From NCBI GenBank assembly GCA_963777505.1, contig CAVZQN010000004.1:1024001-1088000 (forward strand): a stretch of DNA of 64,000 nt, written 5' to 3'. The DNA comes from an uncultured bacterium (GTDB lineage Bacteria; Acidobacteriota; HRBIN11; JAKEFK01). Below the pieces are notes generated by a model. It was given only the letters and a program-made list of their open reading frames with translations, had not been told where the DNA came from and did not search any database. This document shows, piece after piece, positions 19,888 to 30,445 of the stretch (position 1 is the first letter of the stretch; the number at the start of each line of letters is the position of its first letter). A program made the translations under genes and the position numbers.

Positions 19888-20295
19888 ATGATGAAGAGAA
19901 TGCTGATTTCGATTCTTGTGATTTTCATAATGGCAGTTGGCCTGGGTTTTTTAGTTCATGCCACACTTCTAGGACCAGACTATGCGAGGCTTTCAACTCT
20001 TTATCGAATCCCTTCAGATCAAGAAAGCCATTTTCCTTTCATGTTACTTGCGCAACTTCTATTCGCGATTGGTTTTGTCTGGGTTTATAACAAGGGAAAA
20101 GAAGCAAAACCCTGGGTTGTACAAGGTATCCGTTACGGAATTACGATCGCGGTGTTAACGATCATCCCTCATTATTTGATTTACTATGCAGTGCAACCTA
20201 TGCCCGGGATGCTGGTGGCAAAGCAAATCATTTTCGGTACGATCGGCACGGTCTTAATGGGACTTGTTGTTGCAGCCTTGGATCAACAAGCTTGA
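19888..20295 (+). CDS. Four-TM hypothetical membrane protein
   Basis: Four hydrophobic helices; GAGGAG ribosome-binding site. Confidence 0.7.
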   Translation: MMKRMLISILVIFIMAVGLGFLVHATLLGPDYARLSTLYRIPSDQESHFPFMLLAQLLFAIGFVWVYNKGKEAKPWVVQGIRYGITIAVLTIIPHYLIYYAVQPMPGMLVAKQIIFGTIGTVLMGLVVAALDQQA

Positions 20296-20332
20296 TTCTT
20301 TTTTTTAGCCGAATCCCGCTAGAATATCAGGC

Positions 20333-21964
20333 ATGTTGAAACGGGCGTGCCTTTTTTCCTTATTGTTGTATCTTGCGATTGCAGGAACGTATTGGTACTT
20401 TCTTCGACTTTCAATCCCACCTGTTCCGGCAGTATTAGTCTCCTTGTTTTTGGCGCTCTTTGCTGCTGCAGGAATCGGCGTCATTCGGACAAGCCTTCAA
20501 ATCAATAAAACAGCGCGCTTGTTTTCTGATGCTGAAGCTGGTGCGCCGCTTCAAGATGGAAAGAAGATGGTCATAGCAGGCCGTATTAATCCCCAAGGCT
20601 TTCCAGGACGGACTCCGTTTCAGGAAAAAGATTGTGTGTTATACGAATATGAAATTAAGTATTCCAAACAAGATGCTGAAGATACTGCCAGCGACTTTGT
20701 TGGAATTAAGATGGTTCCGTGTTCAATTCATTCGAGCCGGGGAAATGTTCGTTTGATCGGCTTTCCACATCTGGATCATATCGAATATGAATCTGCACAC
20801 GAGCCGGAGGCACAGGAAACCGCCAGACGGTTTGTGCAAAGCACAAAATTTGAAAAGGCTTCGCTTCTTTCAGTAGGCAAAATGCTATCCGGTCTTATCG
20901 ATGCGTGGCGGGATGACGATGGAGTGGTTCAAAAGGATTGGCGCATTACAAAGGATGAGAATTTCAAAGAAGGAAGCACGTTGAAAGAAAGGTACCTTTC
21001 ACCAGGTGATTCCGTTGCAGCCATTGGAGTTTATTCGGCTGCGCAGAATGGATTGATTGCACCCAAAGACGACAGCATTGATATTGTTCGCGGTGATTTA
21101 CGATCCGCACGCGAAACGTTTATTGAAAAGAAAAAGGGAAATATAACCACCGGAATCGTTTTCTTTCTCGCTGCGCAATTCTTTTTTGGAGTGCTTTACT
21201 TCATATCGGAAAAACGTGAAGCGTTCCAGTCACCGCAAGAGCAATCGGCGACTCTGCATCAAGCTGCCTCATCTAGAGATTACAAACTTCTTGCGAAATT
21301 GAAAAGAAATGGTGTGAGCTTAGACATGCCTGATGCATCAGGAAAAACTCCACTGATGAATACGATTGAACCGGAGGTGGCAAAATTTCTTCTTGAAAAC
21401 GGGGCGAATGTGAATGCAGTTGATCCTCAAACAGGTGAAACTGCCATCTTTAATGCTGCCAGAAACGGATGGGAAGAATTGCTGCGGCTATACATAAAAC
21501 ATGGAGCCGATGTTCAAGCAGTCAGTAAAATTCCATGGGAGCATTCACCAATTCACACTGCAATTGAATCAGGACTGCCGCAACTTGTTTCCATTTTGAG
21601 GGAGCATGGAGCACGCGATGATAGAGTGGATTCAATCAATGGCAAGGCTCTCACTGAAGGCGCACAGCAATTCGAGATCATTCGGAACTATCACATTGCG
21701 ATTCAAGAGCAAGATTTAGAAGAATTGAAACGTTTGACCACTACTCGACAATCAGGCTTTTTTGAGAATGTCGACTTTAATGTGTGGAAGTATTATTACC
21801 CCATCGAAATGGAATTTGTGGATGGATTCGCCAATGATTCAGCTGCAACAGTGACAATCCAAATAATTACACCTGATAATACCTCTCAGCGATGGGTATA
21901 TCAGTTAGTGCGAAATAGTGATGAATGGAAGATTGCGCGCGTCTGGGAAACCCGTGATTACTAA
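20333..21964 (+). CDS. Membrane-anchored ankyrin repeat protein
   Basis: Three TM segments; ankyrin motifs GKTPLM, LLENGANVNA, GETAIFNAA, HGADV, SPIHTA. Confidence 0.8.
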   Translation: MLKRACLFSLLLYLAIAGTYWYFLRLSIPPVPAVLVSLFLALFAAAGIGVIRTSLQINKTARLFSDAEAGAPLQDGKKMVIAGRINPQGFPGRTPFQEKDCVLYEYEIKYSKQDAEDTASDFVGIKMVPCSIHSSRGNVRLIGFPHLDHIEYESAHEPEAQETARRFVQSTKFEKASLLSVGKMLSGLIDAWRDDDGVVQKDWRITKDENFKEGSTLKERYLSPGDSVAAIGVYSAAQNGLIAPKDDSIDIVRGDLRSARETFIEKKKGNITTGIVFFLAAQFFFGVLYFISEKREAFQSPQEQSATLHQAASSRDYKLLAKLKRNGVSLDMPDASGKTPLMNTIEPEVAKFLLENGANVNAVDPQTGETAIFNAARNGWEELLRLYIKHGADVQAVSKIPWEHSPIHTAIESGLPQLVSILREHGARDDRVDSINGKALTEGAQQFEIIRNYHIAIQEQDLEELKRLTTTRQSGFFENVDFNVWKYYYPIEMEFVDGFANDSAATVTIQIITPDNTSQRWVYQLVRNSDEWKIARVWETRDY

Positions 21965-21970
21965 ATGAAG

Positions 21971-22029
21971 AGAGGATAGAGGATAGAAGAAGAGGATAGA
22001 GGATAGAGGATAGAAGATAGAGGATAGAA
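21971..22029. repeat. Tandem heptamer repeat (AGAGGAT) x ~8
   Basis: AGAGGAT/AGAAGAT units fill the gap between two convergent stop codons. Confidence 0.85.
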
Positions 22030-25000
22030 TCAGATTCTATTTGTTTCGGTCAGGATAGGTGTTTCGGGGAGTGCAATTCCATCGCGAAACGTAACAATGC
22101 TGCGAGAGTTTGCAGCGATCCGCTCACCTGGCACGATAATCCCGACAAGGTTTAATGGATCTGCGGCGGATACTGAAACGATTTCACCTGAAGGTTCAAC
22201 CTTACGGTTCGCACGAAGTGAATCGACTGCAAGTGGAAGTGCAAATTGTTCACCGACAAATCCGCTCACAAATCTGCCGCCACGAACTTCGCCTCGATCT
22301 TCCATTCTTCGAAATTCAATAAGCAATTCCCGCCATCGTGGTAACAGAGTTTCTCTTTGAACCAGATCTCGAAAAACAACGCCATATCGTGTCAGCAGCA
22401 TTTTGCATACAGCTTCTGTAGTTTTTTCAGTTGAGAGTTCATCATTTCCATAGAGTAAAGACCATCGGCCAGCGCCTGAACGGCCTGTCCCGCGAGTTTT
22501 TCTGCGATGATCAAGGAGCGAACGAAGACTATCAAAACCATCTGCCGTCACAAGACCTGCAGTGACGAGTTCCCATAATGCTGCTTCAACTTCGGATTTA
22601 CGTAAATTGCTAAGTCGAACAAGTTCAGAAAGGAACGAAGCACCGCGCTGCTTTAGAGACTGATATATTTGTGCCGCTTCTTTGCTCAATTCAGAAAAAC
22701 GGTCTTGAGTGACTTCTGCGGGACGCAGCCAGTTGCAATCTTCTCTGAGAAAAAATGTAATCGGCGCGGCACTTCCTGGAATTCTACGCGAAGGAGAAAG
22801 TGCTGAAGGCGAAGAGAATCTGCCCCAGCCAAGTATGCCGCTCCAGCAAAGTTTGTCCAGCATCGCGGGATCGTAACCAACGATTCTGCGAGCCAGCACA
22901 TCGGGTTCCCATGCGCGTGCAGGAATTTCCAAACCTTGGAGCTGTCGAAGAATTTCTGATAATCCTCTTTCGCCATGCAATTGCGTTCCGGGTGTGACAT
23001 GCTGCCATCGAAACAACCATCGCATGAATTGTGCTGCAGTTACCGGCTCAATCTGTTTTCGCAAGTGTTCCGAGAGTCAGTCTATGGATCCGTGCAAGTA
23101 CGCGGCGATCGCACCATTCAATTTCATCGGCAACTCTGCGATTGAATTTTCCACGCAATACTGCGCCGGAAGATTCAATTCTCAACAATGCAGCATCAAT
23201 CGCATCTTTAGATAAATGCAAAACATTGGCGAGAGCTTGTTGCAGTGACGGGGCCGCAATAGGGCATCCAACCACGAACGATCATCCAGATTGCATCTTC
23301 TTGAGTTGTTTCCGATTGTTCAACTTGTGCTGGCGTGAGAAGAATCTCAGCATCAGGATAGGCGATTTGAAATGTGTTGAATTTTTCAGCAGTAAACCAA
23401 AATTCCTGATCTTGAAATTTCGCGATACCTACCCTGTGTTGAAGAATGAGCTGTTGTAAATATTCCTGCCATAAATCTTTTGGGAACCTTTCGAATGCTT
23501 CCATGTTTGCAGGGATGACAATCATGGATAGCATCGCATCATGCAATTCATCGGCTGTTCGAAGATCGGGCCAGCATTGATCTGATACTTGTTTGATTGC
23601 AGCCGGATCCAGCATGGCTGCTTCGGAAAGTGATTCCGGTAAAATTCGCCGCATTGAAACCGCACGTGCACGGCGTTCTTCTAAAGGCGCATCATCAAGA
23701 TATGCATATGGATTCGCATTCAGAATTTCATGTGAGAAGGCGGATGGAACTGCCGTATCCACAGCGACACATTGAATTTCTCCTGACGTAATTTGATGCA
23801 AAACATTTTGAAGTCCTGCAAGATCCATCGCTTCTTGAAGCACATCCTTCATCGTTTCATTAACGAGAGGATGATCCGGTGGATGAATCTCACCTACAAC
23901 ATTGTCCTGGCATGCTGCAGCTTCAGGAAACACGGAAGCGAGAAGATCTTCGGCTCGCATTCTTAAGATATTCAAAGGCACTTTTTTGCCGCGATAAAAT
24001 CTCATGAGAGCCAGTGAACGCATTGCATCCCATCGCCAACGTGTTCCAAACAGCGGTGATGCGAATGCTGCTTGGGTTAAAACACCTTCTACGCTGTTGG
24101 GGTGCAGGAATTTAAAAACATCTGCAAGTGGAAAGCTATGTTGCTCAGTTAGGGAGATGTTGATTCCATCATCGGTTGCAGAAGCTTGAAGTTCGAGATT
24201 GAAGGATCTGCAGAAGCGTTTACGTAAAGCGAGTCCCCATGCCTTGTTGATTCGGGCGCCAAAGGGTGCGTGAATAACAAGTTGCATTCCTCCGGCTTCA
24301 TCAAAAAAGCGTTCAGCAATGATTGTCTTTTGCGATGGGACTGTACCGAGTATCGCGCGTCCTTCAATAATGTAGCTGACAATCTGTTCAGCTCCTGAAC
24401 TATCCAATCCACATTCCTCATTCAACCAGCCAATGGCCGCACTTACTTCGGGTTGAGATTTGTCTGGATCAAGTGGAGTTGATGCGGGAAGCATCGTATC
24501 CATCTGAATGCGCAAGTTCGCTACATGTTCTGACAATTCAGGGGTTCGCGAAGGAGCTTCACCGCGCCAGAATGGAACAGTGGGTGGTGCACCATGTGCA
24601 TCGACAACCTGGACACGTGCAATCGAAGATTGAACACGTTGAATAATCCATGAAGTGTTGCCAAGAAGAATGATGTCGCCCTGATTACTTTCGACTGCGA
24701 AGTCTTCATCCAGAGTCCCAACGACATTTTCGTCAGGTTGCGCAACCACAGTATAGAGGCCCGTTTCTGGAATAGCGCCGCCGCTCATGATTGCAATCAT
24801 CCGTGTTCCGCGGCGAGGACGGATCATTCCTTGAACGCGATCGCGATGTAAATGAGCGCCATATCGTCCGCGTGTTGAGGAAATTCCCTCCGATAACATT
24901 TCTAAAATTGAATTAAATTGATCACGCGTAAGATTCCTATATGGATAAGCGCTCTTAACCAATTCAAACAAACGATTTTCTTCCCATTCTTCCGCCGAAC

Positions 25001-26249
25001 AAATTGCGGCAATTTGCTGTGAAAGAATATCGAGCGGCGCTTCAGGAATTACTAAACGATCCAGATCACCCATGCGTACAGCGCGGACCAGTGCCGCACA
25101 TTCTACGAGTTCATCGCGAGTTGTTGGAAAGAATCGTCCTTTTGGTATTGCGCCGCGCCAGTGGCCTGAACGCCCGACCCGCTGCAACCCAACTGCAATG
25201 GAACGAGGTGAACCGATCTGGCAAACGAGATCGATTGCACCAATGTCGATTCCAAGTTCGAGTGAAGCCGTTGCAACCAGCGCTTTCAGTTCACCATTCT
25301 TTAACTTTTTTTCGGCAGCAAGTCTGAGTTTTCTTGAAAGGCTTCCATGATGCGATGTGACGGCATCTTCGCCGAGCTTCTTGATCAGTCTGTGAGCTGT
25401 GCGTTCAGCCAGTTTTCGCGTGTTCACGAAAATCAATGTTGAGCGATGCTGATTTACGAGTTGCGCAATCCGTTCATGGATTTCATCCCACAATTCGTGT
25501 GATGCAACGGGAGCTAGTTCGCTTGCAGGAACTTCAACTGCAAGATCCATTGGACGTTTGTGTCCCACATCAACAATGACAGGATCCGGACGTTCTGCAC
25601 CGGAAAGGAATCGTGCCACTTCATCGATCGGCTTCTGCGTTGCAGAGAGGCCGATCCGTACAGGCTTTTTCAATGCGAGCTGTTCGAGCCTTTCCAGTGA
25701 AAGCGAAAGATGCGCGCCTCGTTTGTCATCAGCTACGGCATGAATTTCATCTACGATGACTGTTTCAACAGTCTTTAAAATGGCTCTGCTTTTTTCTGCG
25801 GTTAGCAAGATGTATAAAGATTCGGGCGTGGTCACCAGTATGTGAGGCGGACGCCGGAGCATGGCTTGTCTTTCACGTTGGAGTGTATCTCCGGTGCGAA
25901 GCGCTGTCCGGATATCGCTCATCATGTAGCCATGTTTCCAGGCAAGCATGTAAATTTCACTGAGCGGTGTTTGCAGATTTTTCTGAATATCATTACTCAG
26001 TGCGCGCAGTGGCGAAACATACAACACCTGAGTTTGATCTTTTAACTCACCTGTGAGGGCTTTACGAACCAAGCGATCAATACATGTTAAGAAAGCTGCC
26101 AGTGTTTTGCCAGAACCTGTTGGCGCGGAGATTAAGGTAGTTCGTCCCGCCACAATATGCGGCCAGCCAAATTCTTGTGGCTCTGTAGGTGATCCGAACT
26201 GGTTCTCAAACCATTCGCGGACAATTGGATGCGCCCAATCTAAATACAT
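22030..26249 (-). CDS. lhr: Lhr-family ATP-dependent helicase, split into three frames by two indels (~23255, ~23065)
   Basis: APTGSGKTLAAF, DEIH, SATQ, HHGSLS, ELGIDIG, QRVGRSGH. The C-terminal winged-helix part (GEVRGGRFVSGFVGEQFALP) is in ORF 22030-23064, bridged by ORF 23048-23275. Confidence 0.88.
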
Positions 26250-26315
26250 AATGATCTATTTTAGTATAGAAATTTGCGCTTATCTTTGCGAGCTTGGCGT
26301 ACTCTGCGGTTAATC

Positions 26316-28205
26316 TTAAACGGCGGGCATTTTCAGGATGGAACTTTTTTCCTGTTGTAGATAGGCTTTCATAATTTCGAATTCATTTTCAAGCCTCGTA
26401 ATCAATGCTTTCGAAGACCCCATGTCTTTGTTGATTCCTAATTTTTCAAGTTGTGCACAAAGATCCGCAATTCGATTCGCACCGATATACAAACTGGAGC
26501 CTTTCAATGAATGCGCATGCATTCTTAAATAGTCAGGCCGGGACTGTGAACTAGCGTGCTTCATTCCTGAAATATATTGTCTGCAAGAACCTAAGAATTC
26601 ATCAATCAGTGATGCAATCTCATGAGGTTCCATCATCTCAGCCAGATCCTGTAATTTTCTCGAAATATGTACATCGACAGTCCTTTCTATTGCGATTGGA
26701 GGAATTTGAGCTTGAAAAGTTTCGGGCTCCTGAACTGTAGTTTGAGGCGCCCAATCCTTCAAAATAGACTCAAAATCTTCAGGGCTTACTGGCTTACTCA
26801 AATATGCATCCATTCCTGCAGCCAGACACTTTTCTCGATCACCTTTCAATGCGCGGGCAGTCATCGCAATAATCGGAATATTCTTCCTTGGATTCAGTTT
26901 TCGAATCTGCTGAGTCGCTTCAAAACCATCCAGAACGGGCATTTCACAATCCATAAATACAAGGTCGTAAGGCATCACATTGATAATTTCTACAGCTTCC
27001 TTGCCATTTCCTGCCACATTCACGCTGCAGCCCAGACGTTCAAGATTGTGCTTTGCCACTTTCTGATTGATGATGTTATCTTCTACAACCAGCACACGCG
27101 CACTAAAGCGTTGTCTTTTTGACGAATGCAATAAAAATTTGGTCTGTTGTGAGGCCGGCGCGATCATCTGCTTTCTTTCTTGAACAATCCCACTCAGTAC
27201 GTCCATTAATTGAGATGCGCGAAATGGTTTTGCGAGGCATGCTTCGAAACGAGATTCTCTTGGTACGCTATCCCGGTTTGTGATCGATCCAAGCAAAATC
27301 AGTTTTGTAGTTCGGAGCGCTGGATTTGCTTTAAAATTTTGCGCCAGCATTCCAATCTCTGAATCTGCGACGCTGACGATGGCAACATCGTATGGATCTC
27401 CCGCACGTGAAGCGGACTGAAGATCTTCGATTAACTCCTGCAAGCCAGTTACCGAATCATTTCGCATCCCCCAACTTGTGAGAAGTTCCTGCAAAACGTC
27501 GCGGCTAACTTCATTTTCATCCAGAACAAGAATCCGCAAATTGCGAATGTCCGGCTGGAGTAACGAAGGCAACCGAACATTATTTACTTCTGGTGGTATC
27601 GGTTCGAGCACTAATTTCCCAGCTTCCAATTTTGAGTAGTCCAAAATTTCATTAAAAATATCGAGCAAAGATTCTGCGCTTAACCTTGCTGTATTTGCAA
27701 GATCTCGCTGTTCATTTGTTAGATTCGTATCAAGCAGCAATTCCAGCATTCCAAGAACACCGTTCATAGGCGTGCGGATTTTATGGCTCACTGCTGCTAC
27801 AAATTCATTTCTGATTTCGCTGGCTTTTTCTGACTCATCAGAAGATGGGACGGTTTTGTCTTCTGTGATCTCTTCGAGCGGTTGTACTTGTACTTCAATT
27901 TCCGCTTCATCTCTGTTCACTTGGAACTGAGTCTGAATTTCAGTGGTTTTCATCATTTCTTTTTGGTTGTTGCGGACCGAAAGCCAAAGGATGAGGCCAC
28001 AAATCGTGTTGCCAAGAACAAACGCAAGCCAGATTCCACTCCATGCTTTAAAGGAAATTAGCAGGACAACTGAGATTCCTGCCAGGGATTGAATGGCTAA
28101 AAATACACAAAACAACTGATCGGTACGTTGATGAAGTTGTTGTTCGCGCTGCTTGGAAAGTTCAAGCTGGCGTTTTTTGATTTCTGGAGAAAAATCAAAG
28201 CGCAT
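26316..28205 (-). CDS. Degenerate hybrid two-component protein: TM-HisKA-(pseudo)REC-REC-Hpt, no HATPase domain
   Basis: SHKIRTPMNGVLG dimerization domain followed almost directly by a receiver. Second REC has VFMDCEMP; Hpt has HAHSLKGSS. Confidence 0.82.
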   Translation of the reverse strand: MRFDFSPEIKKRQLELSKQREQQLHQRTDQLFCVFLAIQSLAGISVVLLISFKAWSGIWLAFVLGNTICGLILWLSVRNNQKEMMKTTEIQTQFQVNRDEAEIEVQVQPLEEITEDKTVPSSDESEKASEIRNEFVAAVSHKIRTPMNGVLGMLELLLDTNLTNEQRDLANTARLSAESLLDIFNEILDYSKLEAGKLVLEPIPPEVNNVRLPSLLQPDIRNLRILVLDENEVSRDVLQELLTSWGMRNDSVTGLQELIEDLQSASRAGDPYDVAIVSVADSEIGMLAQNFKANPALRTTKLILLGSITNRDSVPRESRFEACLAKPFRASQLMDVLSGIVQERKQMIAPASQQTKFLLHSSKRQRFSARVLVVEDNIINQKVAKHNLERLGCSVNVAGNGKEAVEIINVMPYDLVFMDCEMPVLDGFEATQQIRKLNPRKNIPIIAMTARALKGDREKCLAAGMDAYLSKPVSPEDFESILKDWAPQTTVQEPETFQAQIPPIAIERTVDVHISRKLQDLAEMMEPHEIASLIDEFLGSCRQYISGMKHASSQSRPDYLRMHAHSLKGSSLYIGANRIADLCAQLEKLGINKDMGSSKALITRLENEFEIMKAYLQQEKSSILKMPAV

Positions 28206-28210
28206 AATTG

Positions 28211-28396
28211 TTACTTGGTGAAATCAACTTGAGCTTTATTTGCGGATTTTGGTATTTGTGGACCTGAATTGTTCCAAACGATTCTAATTCCTGCGTACAA
28301 CAACAGAGCCCATAAGGCGATTGTCAAAATCGGAAAAGATAATTTCCGTGTGAAAGCCTTTTTTGTAGATGCAGAATGAATAATCGTCGCGTTCAT
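28211..28396 (-). CDS. Small single-TM hypothetical protein
   Basis: 61 aa, one TM helix, GAGGGGG ribosome-binding site, ends 5 bp before the hybrid regulator start. Confidence 0.55.
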   Translation of the reverse strand: MNATIIHSASTKKAFTRKLSFPILTIALWALLLYAGIRIVWNNSGPQIPKSANKAQVDFTK

Positions 28397-28523
28397 GTAC
28401 CCCCCTCGTTTTCCCCACTAAAATATGAGCAAAGGATATGCCAGAGCAGAGCTCCGTCGAGAACGCCGGAAATGTACGTTTATTGGTGGTTAAATATCAG
28501 GCAGATGTCGGAAAAATATGCAA

Positions 28524-28826
28524 TCAAATCTTTGAAAAGACAGACCGTTTTATCGCTCTAATTGATGCTTCATTCCGCTTGTAGAACGTCCATTGTTTGA
28601 TCCTTTTTGCCTGAAGAAATCCTGCATTGCATAGTATTTTTAAATGTTCACTGGCGGTAGGCTGACTGACTTTGAGTTTCTCAGCGATGAAGACTCCACA
28701 GACACCGTCTTTGACACGATCACCATAGACCTGTGGGGGGAAATTTTTTACAGGATCTTTTAGCCATTCCAGGATTTGTAATCTTTTTTCACTTGCAAGT
28801 GAGCGCAGTGCGCGTTCGTTAGTCAT
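28524..28826 (-). CDS. ArsR/SmtB family transcriptional regulator
   Basis: ALRSLASEKRLQIL..., GVCGVFIAEKLKVSQPTASEHLKIL..AGFL. Confidence 0.88.
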   Translation of the reverse strand: MTNERALRSLASEKRLQILEWLKDPVKNFPPQVYGDRVKDGVCGVFIAEKLKVSQPTASEHLKILCNAGFLQAKRIKQWTFYKRNEASIRAIKRSVFSKI

Positions 28827-28827
28827 A

Positions 28828-28857
28828 TTGACAATTAGCTAATTAACTAATTATACT
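28828..28857 (+). promoter_or_regulatory. Sigma70 promoter for the dehydratase-ridA genes, overlapped by a probable ArsR operator
   Basis: TTGACA(28828)-18 bp-TATACT(28852); near-perfect palindrome AATTAGCTAATTAACTAATT at 28833-28852. Confidence 0.65.
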
Positions 28858-28874
28858 ACAAAACGATCGTATTG

Positions 28875-28948
28875 GTAGGGGCGGCCCTTGTGGCTGCCCG
28901 CCGAATCCTTTTCAGTGAACACGGGCGACCACAAGGGTCGCCCCTAAC
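28875..28948. repeat. GTAG-family REP doublet
   Basis: GTAGGGGCGGCCCTTGTGGCTGCCCG ... CGGGCGACCACAAGGGTCGCCCCTAAC inverted pair. Confidence 0.75.
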
Positions 28949-28961
28949 AACGTACTGAACC

Positions 28962-29927
28962 ATGCAAGATCAACAAACGATTCATCGCGACAAGATCCGT
29001 CAGGCCGAACAATTAGTGCGTCCGTTTATCAGGCAGACACCAATCGTCACAATGGATGCATCCGATCTAGGATTGCAATCAAATCAAATGATATTAAAAC
29101 TTGAGTTGTTGCAGCATTCCGGTTCATTCAAAGCGCGTGGCGCATTTGCAAATATGTTGATGCGCAAGGTGCCTGATGCTGGAGTTGTAGCCGCTTCCGG
29201 TGGAAACCATGGCGCTGCTGTTGCATTTGCTGCCATGAAACTCGGAAAGCCTGCAAAAATATTTGTACCGGCTGTAGCCTCTCCTGCAAAGATGGATCTT
29301 ATTCGCAGCTATGGTGCTGATCTCGTTATTTCAGGCGATCGTTATAGCACCGCACTTGAAACAAGCAAGCAATGGGCTTCTGAATCGGGTGCATTAGAAA
29401 TTCATGCATACGATCAGGTAGAAACAATTTTGGGTCAAGGCACAACCGGTTACGAATTGCAGCAACAGGATCCCAACCTGGATTCACTTCTTGTTGCGGT
29501 TGGTGGCGGAGGATTCATCGGAGGGATTGCAGCCTGGTATCGCAACGACTTAAAGATTATTGGAGTCGAGCCGGAAGCTGCACCTACGTTGAAATACGCT
29601 CTGGATGCAGGCAAGCCTGTCGATGCACCGGCGGGTGGTATTGCAGCAGATTCATTGGCACCAAAGCGGGTCGGGGAATTGATGTTTCCGATTGCGCAAG
29701 AATTTGTTCGCGAAGTCGTGCTTGTTACAGATGATGAAATAGTTCAAGCACAACAGCTTCTCTGGGAAAAGATTCGAATTGTTGCAGAGCCTGGCGGTGC
29801 TGCCGCCCTTGCTGCTCTTTTGTCACGCCGGTATTTACCTGAAAAAGGGGAACGCGTCGGTGTGGTAATTTGCGGAGGCAATACGGATGCTGTCGACTTC
29901 AAGAAAAGAAAAACCAGTGCAACCTGA
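28962..29927 (+). CDS. PLP-dependent threonine/serine dehydratase (fold type II)
   Basis: LKLELLQHSGSFKARGA (PLP lysine), ASGGNHG, VGGGG, VAEPGGAA, ICGGN. Confidence 0.9.
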   Translation: MQDQQTIHRDKIRQAEQLVRPFIRQTPIVTMDASDLGLQSNQMILKLELLQHSGSFKARGAFANMLMRKVPDAGVVAASGGNHGAAVAFAAMKLGKPAKIFVPAVASPAKMDLIRSYGADLVISGDRYSTALETSKQWASESGALEIHAYDQVETILGQGTTGYELQQQDPNLDSLLVAVGGGGFIGGIAAWYRNDLKIIGVEPEAAPTLKYALDAGKPVDAPAGGIAADSLAPKRVGELMFPIAQEFVREVVLVTDDEIVQAQQLLWEKIRIVAEPGGAAALAALLSRRYLPEKGERVGVVICGGNTDAVDFKKRKTSAT

Positions 29928-29941
29928 AATAGGAGATTCGA

Positions 29942-30398
29942 ATGTCTGTGTATGATCGCTTGAAAGTCACTCAACATAACTCTGGCGGAAGTTACAGCGC
30001 CGGTTGCAGCTTTTAAACCTTTTGTCATTTCAGGGAATCTAGTTTTTTTGTCAGGACATATTGCAAAGAAAGAAGGCAAAACCTGGACAGGCAAACTCGG
30101 TGAAGAATTGGATGTCGCCGAAGGGAAACTTGCAGCACGCGCAGTCGCGATTGATCTCTTAAGCACTTTGCATGCAGCAACGGGTGATCTGAATAAAATT
30201 AAGCGTATTGTCAAACTTCTGGTGCTTGTAAATTCCACACCTTCCTTTATCGAACAACATCTTGTTGCGAATGGCGCTTCTGAGCTCTTGCTGGAAGTAT
30301 TTGGGGATTTAGGGGCCCATGCTCGCGCTGCTTTTGGAGTTGCCCAAATTCCGTTCAATTCCTGCGTTGAAATTGATCTGATTGCAGAGCTATCCTAG
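29942..30398 (+). CDS. RidA/YjgF family protein (extra A near 29963 breaks the N-terminus)
   Basis: Removing one A gives MSVYDRLKSLNITLAEVTAPVAAFKPFVISGNLVFLSGH, continuous with ORF 30048-30398 (ANGASELL, HARAAFGVAQIP, VEID). AGGAG ribosome-binding site. Confidence 0.85.
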
Positions 30399-30445
30399 AG
30401 GGGCTCATTTAGTAACAAATCAAAATCGAGAGCCAGGGGTGTGCG

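Noticed and set aside
21971-22029. Tandem repeat as a possible CRISPR array
   Set aside because: Units are 7 bp and contiguous, with no spacers and no cas genes.
23048-23275. Programmed frameshifting in lhr and the other split genes
   Set aside because: No shared slippery motif, and many unrelated genes are affected. Sequencing error is the simpler explanation.
28211-28396. Small ORF as the precursor for the YcaO enzyme
   Set aside because: It is 27 kb away, has a TM helix, and lacks a Cys/Ser/Thr-rich core.
29744-30358. 204-aa minus-strand ORF and similar antisense ORFs (e.g. 10356-10901, 32774-33385, 42883-43413, 50877-51389)
   Set aside because: They are shadows of well-supported genes on the opposite strand and have no recognisable motifs.
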